Source of the DNA: Macrostomum lignano
Lineage: Eukaryota
NCBI GenBank assembly: GCA_002269645.1
Contig: NIVC01001111.1
Coordinates: 62,001 to 126,000, forward strand
DNA length: 64,000 bases
Direction of reading: 5' to 3'
In this document: positions 53,545-61,064 of the stretch, in pieces
How positions within the stretch are numbered: position 1 is the first letter of the stretch
How the letters are laid out: every line of letters begins with the position of its first letter
Notes under the pieces: model-generated
Told to the model about the DNA's origin: nothing
Database searches by the model: none
What the model saw: only the letters and a program-made list of their open reading frames with translations
Position numbers and translations under genes: made by a program

Positions 53545-54995
53545 CATCGGCCACTTCGTGTCAGAAAAGCCCGCTCTAAAAGCCCGCTCATTTTTCCAAA
53601 TCAACGAGTCTCTCAAATCGGCCCGCTTCTGGGCCCGCTGGCTGGCCCGCTCACTGGCCCGTTCTAAACCGGCCCGCTGGCTGGCCCGTTGTTTGGCCCG
53701 CTGGCTGGCCCGTTGGTTGGCCCGCTCACTGGCCCACTCATTGACCCGTTCTAAACCGGCCTGCTGGCTGGCCCGCTGATTGGCCCCCTCATTGGCCCGT
53801 TCTAAACCGGCCCGCTGGTTGGCCCGTTGGTTGGCCCGCTGATTGGCCCGTTCTTAACCGGCCCGCTGGTTGGCCCGCTCATTGGCCCACTCATTGACCC
53901 GTTGTAAACCGGCCTGCTGGCTGGCCCGCTCATTGGCCCGTTCTAAACCAGCCCGCTCATTGGCCCGTTCTAAACCGGCCCGCTCATTGGCCCGTTCTAA
54001 ACCGGCCCGCTGGCTGGCCCGTTGGTTGGCCCGCTCACTGGCCCACTCATTGACCCATTCTAAACCGGCCTGCTGGCTGGCCCGCTGATTGGCCCCCTCA
54101 TTGGCCCGTTCTAAACCGGCCCGCTGGTTGGCCCGTTGGTTGGCCCGCTGATTGGCCCGTTCTTAACCGGCCCGCTGGTTGGCCCGCTCATTGGCCCACT
54201 CATTGACCCGTTGTAAACCGGCCTGCTGGCTGGCCCGCTCATTGGCCCGTTCTAAACCAGCCCGCTCATTGGCCCGTTCTAAACCGGCCCGCTCATTGGC
54301 CCGTTCTAAACCGGCCCGCTGGCTGGCCCGTTGGTTGGCCCGCTGGTTGGCCCGTTCTAAACCGGCCCGCTGGTTGGCCCGTTGGTTGGCCCGCTGGCTG
54401 GCCCGCTCACTGGCCCGTTCTAAACCGGCCCGCTGGCTGGCCCGTTGTTTGGCCCGCTGGCTGGCCCGTTGGTTGGCCCGCTCACTGGCCCACTCATTGA
54501 CCCATTCTAAACCGGCCTGCTGGCTGGCCCGCTGATTGGCCCCCTCATTGGCCCGTTCTAAACCGGCCCGCTGGTTGGCCCGTTGGTTGGCCCGCTGATT
54601 GGCCCGTTCTTAACCGGCCCGCTGGTTGGCCCGCTCATTGGCCCACTCATTGACCCGTTGTAAACCGGCCTGCTGGCTGGCCCGCTCATTGGCCCGTTCT
54701 AAACCAGCCCGCTGGCTGGCCCGTTGGTTGGCCCGCTGGTTGGCCCGTTCTAAACCGGCCCGCTGGTTGGCCCGTTGGTTGGCCCGCTGGTTGGCCCGCT
54801 CACTGGCCCACTCATTGACCCGTTGTAAACCGGCCTGCTGGCTGGCCCGCTCATTGGCCCGTTCTAAACCAGCCCGCTCATTGGCCCGTTCTAAACCGGC
54901 CCGCTCATTGGCCCGTTCTAAACCGGCTCGCTGGCTGTCCTGTTGGTTGGCCCGCTGGTTGGCCCGTTCTAAACCGGCCCTCTGGTTGGCCCGCT
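53545..54995. repeat. Subterminal repeat array (TGGCCCGC and TTCTAAACCGGCCCGC units) with higher-order duplication
   Basis: Directly visible; begins about 45 bp inside the candidate terminus. Confidence 0.9.
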
Positions 54996-55319
54996 GAACG
55001 AACAAAAAAAATAAGTAAAGAAGCAAAATAAGCATGAGATTTCTAAGTCAGACCGATGAGCCGTACAATTAGCTTTTTTATAAAAACCGGGAATATACAT
55101 CATCGGATCTGGTAAAAACAAAGAGATGTTAAGGTTAAAATTGAATACTAGTATTTTTTCATGGTGGCACGAATAGCTAAAAGAGCTAATATAGCTAATA
55201 GAGCTAAAAGAGCTAATATATATAAAAGAGCAACCCTAGCCTCAGAGTCTATTCTCAACCCAAAGTAATGTTTGCCAGCATAGTGAAAAATTGTCACCAC
55301 AATCGAGGCCTAGTCTCTA

Positions 55320-56990
55320 CTACTCGCTTTCCTCTTCATTTTCTGCGCAGGCGCCACTTTTCGCAGACGAACTCTCCCGATCCCGTACGGTCCTGGCTGT
55401 ACGGCGGAAGACCTCGCCGAGTTCGGCGTCTGTGAATAGTTTTTTGTCCTCCTCTGAGACCAGTTTACTGGCCAGGTAGGACCGTATGGCCGCCTTCTTG
55501 GAGCTATCCAGCTCAACCCGGTTGGCCGCTTTCTCTCCTTTCACCTGTCGACCAGCCCAAGATGCGGTTCGCAGGTCTTGCTCAGGGCACACAGCAAGTA
55601 TGACTAGCCGAATGGCTCGTCTGCGAATCTTGTTATTGTTTGCGGCTTTTCGCATTTCAACTGCTGCGGCTTCCAATTTTGTCAGGGCCAACGGACAAAC
55701 CGTGACACCGGGAAATGCAGCTATCAGCGGCACACGTTTCGACGACTGGTTGCCCATCATGGAGGTCGATATATTTGCGATTGCCGTCGCAATGGCGTGG
55801 CTCACAAATCCACTGGTAAGCTGCGATGACGTCGAGCCACTTGGCTCGGCATCGATGCCGATATCGGCAGCAGCTGATGACGACTCTCCGGGTGCAGTAC
55901 TCGAACCAGCGACCAACGTTTCGTAGTCACTAATAGAGCGCACCAGACTTTCGAGGTGGCTGCATGATTCTGTAGTTCTACGTGCCACCTCGTTGGCCGA
56001 CCGCGCCTGCGCCGTGACGAACCGTAGCGTCTCAAGTATCTGAGAATTCGCATGCATGGAACTTGCAAGACGGGTGTCATACTTTTGCAGCACGTCATCT
56101 TTCTGTGCCAGTTCCTGTTTCAGCTGCTCATTCTCAGACCGAATGGCCTCATTCTCAATCTTCAGGTTGGCTGCATCAGTTTCAGCAGCCCCCCGCTTGT
56201 CCGTCTCTTCTCGATTTGCCTCACGTAGGTCACGACATTCGATGTCGAGGTTCCGGCAGCGCGGGCATCCGGCATCAGGGTGATTTATAACGGGTTGCAC
56301 GCGCCTATAGGCGCCTGCAGAGCCCGACCCCATTAAAGTTGCCGATTTGGCCAGGTTGTCCCGGGCAGCGTAGGCGGACTTCCTATCCGGAAAAGGCCCG
56401 GCTGTCAGGAAAGCGTCGAAAGTTTTTGCACTCGGGCTATGGCCAGTCCGTACTTGTACTTTAACGCCGACTGTTCGTGTTACGGGGTCCGGGTCGACGA
56501 TGCACTTTTGGTCGATGGCCATAACTTTGCCGGTGTTAGTGTACGTGAGCACCCACCAAATAGCTTTGTGGATGACCATGACACGGGGCGCCTTAGCCTT
56601 TGGTGGTCCACCGGCCCTATTGCGATGCCGCATCTCCTTTCTCGACTCTAGATCTGGCTCGCTCGATGAGTCAGATAGAGATTCGCGATGCCGATGCCTA
56701 TCGGCATTGGCTTCGGCTTTCCGTTTTGTAGTAGAGCCGGTCGGCTCCGCGGACACGGCCGTGCTCATATCGGAGCCGATTAGCGCCGTTGAAGTGGCGT
56801 CGTGGGCTTTAGGGAGCGTCGTGGGCTCATCTCTGCCGTCGCCATTCAGCTCAGCAGGATTTTCCTGGACGTCAGCAGCTGCAGTTGTTAGGCCAGTATT
56901 GGCATCTTTATCTTTCCGCTTCTCTTTTTCGGCCCGATTCTCGTGATCCCTCTTCTTATTCATTCTATCTGTCTTCTTTCCGTCTCCCAT
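55320..56990 (-). CDS. Transposon accessory protein: beta-rich N-terminal domain, CxxC plus coiled coil, C-terminal BEN-like domain (~556 aa from MGDGKK)
   Basis: Long clean ORF; LRTASWAG...LDSSKKAAIRSY...LGEVFRRTARTVRDR resembles a BEN domain; CATTGCAG acceptor 4 nt before the ATG at 56990. Confidence 0.65.
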   Translation of the reverse strand: MGDGKKTDRMNKKRDHENRAEKEKRKDKDANTGLTTAAADVQENPAELNGDGRDEPTTLPKAHDATSTALIGSDMSTAVSAEPTGSTTKRKAEANADRHRHRESLSDSSSEPDLESRKEMRHRNRAGGPPKAKAPRVMVIHKAIWWVLTYTNTGKVMAIDQKCIVDPDPVTRTVGVKVQVRTGHSPSAKTFDAFLTAGPFPDRKSAYAARDNLAKSATLMGSGSAGAYRRVQPVINHPDAGCPRCRNLDIECRDLREANREETDKRGAAETDAANLKIENEAIRSENEQLKQELAQKDDVLQKYDTRLASSMHANSQILETLRFVTAQARSANEVARRTTESCSHLESLVRSISDYETLVAGSSTAPGESSSAAADIGIDAEPSGSTSSQLTSGFVSHAIATAIANISTSMMGNQSSKRVPLIAAFPGVTVCPLALTKLEAAAVEMRKAANNNKIRRRAIRLVILAVCPEQDLRTASWAGRQVKGEKAANRVELDSSKKAAIRSYLASKLVSEEDKKLFTDAELGEVFRRTARTVRDRESSSAKSGACAENEEESE

Positions 56991-57380
56991 TATTCTGCAA
57001 TGAGAGCGGGAAAGGTTTCTTTCTAAATGCGGTTTCATATGACATGCGTCATATGACGCAAGCATGCGTCAGTGTCATGCTAATGAAAGTAAGGAAGGAT
57101 ATTGAATTCCATAACGAAAAATGCAACGCCTGTGCATCTTCTATGTGCAATCGACGCTGACAAGTCGACGCAAGTATACTTTAGCTATGAGACGTTGATG
57201 GCATGGAAGCTGGCAAGCTACTGCTGGGAGAAGCGCTACTATAGTAGTACTCGCTACACTACTCATGACATTGAGCCGGCTGGCTCGACTAGAAGTATTT
57301 ATATAAATAGATCTAGATCTAATAGAGTAGTTACAGTACAATATTGTCAATTATTAACAGTGACGTACAGCCTATGCTGC

Positions 57381-58316
57381 CTACAGCTTCTTATCCCGTG
57401 TGTTAGACGGCCCGGCGCTAGCACCCGTCAGTGGACGCATGCGCCTCTTGCCTAACCTCATGGCCTCAAAGGGCGCTTCTGGCTGAGTGTCAGGCATTTC
57501 GATTTTAAAAAAGTTGGGGTCGCGCTTCTGCTGAGGCTGATTACTGCGGTGCCGCCCGTGCTCTTGCAGCCGTCTCTGCTTTGTACGAGGTGACAAATTC
57601 GAAAACCAGGCCTCACAGTCAGGGCAGCAGTGCGGGTCCAGTTCCTGCCGATCCGCCCGTTTTCGAACAACGCGTACGCAAGCGTAATTCTTTTGATTCG
57701 GCGGGTCAGGCATGCGGTTATACTCCGCGCGCAGTTTGTTCAAGTTCTCAGCCGGCTCGTAGTCTCGCGCCGCGGGCTGATCGTCACTGGCGACGTTCGC
57801 AGTCGAGCCAGCCGGCTCAATGTCGTTAAACAGAGACGGCGAACCGAGCTGGGTCTCGGCGTTGTAGCGAAGCTGATCGTCGTTGGCGTCGTTCGCAGTC
57901 GAGCCAGCCGGCTCAATGTCGTCAAACAGAGACGGCGAACCGAGCTGGGTCTCGGCGTTGTAGCGAAGCTGATCGTCGTTGGCGTCGTTCGCAGTCGAGC
58001 CAGCCGGCTCAATGTCGTCAAACAGAGACGGCGAACCGAGCTGGGTCTCGGCGTTGTAGCGAAGCTGATCGTCGTTGGCGTCGTTCGCAGTCGAGCCAGC
58101 CGGCTCAATGTCGTCAAACAGAGACGGCGAACCGAGCTGGGTCTCGGCGTTGTAGCGAAGCTGATCGTCATAGGCGTCGTTCGCAGTCGAACCAGCCGGT
58201 AACCGGTAACCGATCAGGTCGACAAGAGTCGGCGACATAGTTCGCGCCACGTCTCGAAGGAGGTCATCCATGATGGCGGAGAAGTTAACTCCTCTAGGGC
58301 TCAGGTCGTTCGACAT
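57381..58316 (-). CDS. CtIP/Sae2 C-terminal-domain protein with four 32-aa repeats (311 aa)
   Basis: [23 protein letters not shown]...RHR...PNFF.IEMPDTQ matches the CtIP C-terminus [23 protein letters not shown]...RHR...ENFWEVGFPSTQ; 96-bp repeat; TTTTCAG acceptor 2 nt before the ATG. Confidence 0.8.
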   Translation of the reverse strand: MSNDLSPRGVNFSAIMDDLLRDVARTMSPTLVDLIGYRLPAGSTANDAYDDQLRYNAETQLGSPSLFDDIEPAGSTANDANDDQLRYNAETQLGSPSLFDDIEPAGSTANDANDDQLRYNAETQLGSPSLFDDIEPAGSTANDANDDQLRYNAETQLGSPSLFNDIEPAGSTANVASDDQPAARDYEPAENLNKLRAEYNRMPDPPNQKNYACVRVVRKRADRQELDPHCCPDCEAWFSNLSPRTKQRRLQEHGRHRSNQPQQKRDPNFFKIEMPDTQPEAPFEAMRLGKRRMRPLTGASAGPSNTRDKKL

Positions 58317-58396
58317 GTCTGAAAAGCAAGTATATGTCGTCTGTTATGCACACGCAAGTTTGTCCGACACACATCTGAGCTTGGAGAATCAATACC

Positions 58397-58467
58397 TATC
58401 TATCTATCTATCTACCTATCTATCTACCTATCTATCTATCTATCTATCATCTATCTATCTATCTATC

Positions 58468-58534
<67 letters not shown>

Positions 58535-58552
58535 ATCTATCTATCTATCTAC

Positions 58553-58593
<41 letters not shown>

Positions 58594-58610
58594 ATCTATC
58601 TATCTATCAT
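58397..58610. repeat. (TATC)n tract flanked by a 28-bp direct repeat
   Basis: ACACATCTGAGCTTGGAGAATCAATACC at 58369-58396 and 58611-58638. Confidence 0.92.
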
Positions 58611-59127
58611 ACACATCTGAGCTTGGAGAATCAATACCATGCTGCTGGGCTGTGCAGTGGGAAATTGTTAACTATTTATTACTATTACGTTACTAGTAAG
58701 TAGAGACGCTTGACAAACTTGATTAGTGAACGAACGATGATTGACCTGATTGGCCTGTATACGCCACAAATCGTATATATATATGTATATATGAGCAAAA
58801 TAAGCAATATAAACTAAATAAGCAGTGCGAAAGCAATATAATCAATACAAAGGCAATGTAAGCAATATAAGCAGTATTAGCAATATGAGCAATATAAGCA
58901 ATATGAGCCGACTGGCTCGATTTCAAAGGGCCAATTTGTCCAATTTCTCCAAATTGCCGTGCTCTTTCTAAAACGTGGCGGTCTTTGTACGGTTTAAGCG
59001 GAATCTAATCAGATTCAATAAACTCTATATTCTGTTATACTCTCTTAATTGTGGTGGGCAGAAACGACTAGTGATTGAAGCTGCGGCTAACTACACGTTC
59101 CGGAATTACTAACGTGGCCTACATTAA

Positions 59128-60450
59128 TTACTTAAACCGCACATAGGCCGCCCACGTCCCTACAATGGCGACGGCCAGAGTCATGTATAGGACATTCGAT
59201 TTATGTCCTAAGTACACCAGCCGGTACTCCTGGGCAGCTCGACCGCGTCGCCTTGACTTTTTCAGCACCTTGACCCGATTTTGCACCGGTGGCGTGACAC
59301 CGGCGGATCCGGCGTGCTCATTAACGGTGCTCACGGCTCGGTCGAAGATGGCCTGGGCGTCGAGCGACAACTCGGTCTTCGCGCCAGCCGGCGCGTCTAC
59401 GATTCCGCTGTCTCTGAGGTGCGAATACAACGTGCGGACTGCATTAGTCCAGCACGTTGTTTCGCATCCCCGGGACCACAGAAAGATAAAGACACAAACT
59501 AGTGTCAAGATGGCATTGCCCATGCTGTCCGAAAATAGTATGCTGTGTTCAGACTCATACTCCCGTAGTTTGTAAGAAGCAGCAGTCATGAACGTCTGCA
59601 TATCTGTATGCCAGCAGTATGGCCAGTTTTTTCCATTCGCGTACAGCTCTCTGCACCGACCGCAAATGCCAGAGTAATTTCCCGTCGCGCCGAGGGTGCC
59701 TTCGGCCTGCTGAGCGGAATCGCTCAGAGGCTCGTTGTACAACGACATGTCGCGAAGCTGTTTGACTACTCCTGTGGCAGCAGACGCAGCTGGGACACAG
59801 GTCGAGCCGGTTGGCTCGACACGACCCGTCGCGCCGAGGGTGCCTTCGGCCTGCTGAGCGGAATCGCTCAGAGGCTCGTTGTACAACGACATGTCGCGAA
59901 GCTGTTTGACTACTCCTGTGGCAGCAGACGCAGCTGGGACACAGGTCGAGCCGGTTGGCTCGACACGACCCGTCGCGCCGAGGGTGCCTTCGGCCTGCTG
60001 AGCGGAATCGCTCAGAGGCTCGTTGTACAACGACATGTCGCGAAGCTGTTTGACTACTCCTGTGGCAGCAGACGCAGCTGGGACACAGGTCGAGCCGGTT
60101 GGCTCGACACGACCCGTCGCGCCGAGGGTGCCTTCGGCCTGCTGAGCGGAATCGCTCAGAGGCTCGTTGTACAACGACATGTCGCGAAGCTGTTTGACTA
60201 CTCCTGTGGCAGCAGACGCAGGAACACAGCTCGAGCCGACTGGCTCAACTGTAGCTCCGGCGTCGTCACTACAGTCGTCGTCCCAGTTGCTGCAGGCGCG
60301 CGATTTAACTAGCCGTTGCTGCTCGGCATGGGCTGCGTGGATGTCATCCTCACAGTCGTCGCAGTGAGAGGAGCGACAAAAAAAACAATAGTCGGCGAAC
60401 GCGAAGTATTCCCGCGAATTGCATTTGGGGCATGGTTGCTGGTCCGGCAT
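59128..60450 (-). CDS. B-box-type zinc-finger protein with 48-aa tandem repeats and a second Cys/His cluster (440 aa)
   Basis: C-x2-C-x11-C-x2-C-x4-C-x2-C-x4-H-x2-H fits the B-box1 consensus; 144-bp repeat x3.5; CGRC...CWH. Confidence 0.6.
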   Translation of the reverse strand: MPDQQPCPKCNSREYFAFADYCFFCRSSHCDDCEDDIHAAHAEQQRLVKSRACSNWDDDCSDDAGATVEPVGSSCVPASAATGVVKQLRDMSLYNEPLSDSAQQAEGTLGATGRVEPTGSTCVPAASAATGVVKQLRDMSLYNEPLSDSAQQAEGTLGATGRVEPTGSTCVPAASAATGVVKQLRDMSLYNEPLSDSAQQAEGTLGATGRVEPTGSTCVPAASAATGVVKQLRDMSLYNEPLSDSAQQAEGTLGATGNYSGICGRCRELYANGKNWPYCWHTDMQTFMTAASYKLREYESEHSILFSDSMGNAILTLVCVFIFLWSRGCETTCWTNAVRTLYSHLRDSGIVDAPAGAKTELSLDAQAIFDRAVSTVNEHAGSAGVTPPVQNRVKVLKKSRRRGRAAQEYRLVYLGHKSNVLYMTLAVAIVGTWAAYVRFK

Positions 60451-61064
60451 TGTGATGTCTTAATCTTAATTTGTTTATTTGTCCTTAATTTGTACAAATT
60501 AATTTCTTTTGCTGGTACTTCTTTGTCAGTGGGTCGACTGAAATTAATGCGAAGTAGGTGCACGATTATTGGAACAAAAGGACAGCTGCGTACCGGTTGT
60601 AACCTACTATATTGTCAGGTAGAAATAAAGGCGTAAAGGAAGGCAACATATGGATATAGACGTCATGTGACCGACGTTTGTTACTAAATATAAATATAAT
60701 TTCCTATGATACCACATAGCAATGTGCAGTAGTAAGCAGTATAAGCAATATATATATTATATATAAAAGCAATAAAAGCAAAACACAGTTGAAGAAGGCA
60801 TGCTGGAAAAGAGCAATTATGGCATATCCCGTCCCGTTTGAGCGAGGGTGTCCTCTAGCCCTCACCCCTTGTTGTAAACTGTAGTCATAAGTTTTGAATG
60901 AACAGGTGACATTTCTACTCAATTTAAAAAGCTTTAGAACTCTCGAATGTTTACTTACTATAGTGATGTGAGTTCTAAGAAATTATATTGCTTTACCAGA
61001 AAGCCTGTGCAACGATTTTTCCTTCTTATTGGGACACCCTACGTACAATGAGTACATACAATTC

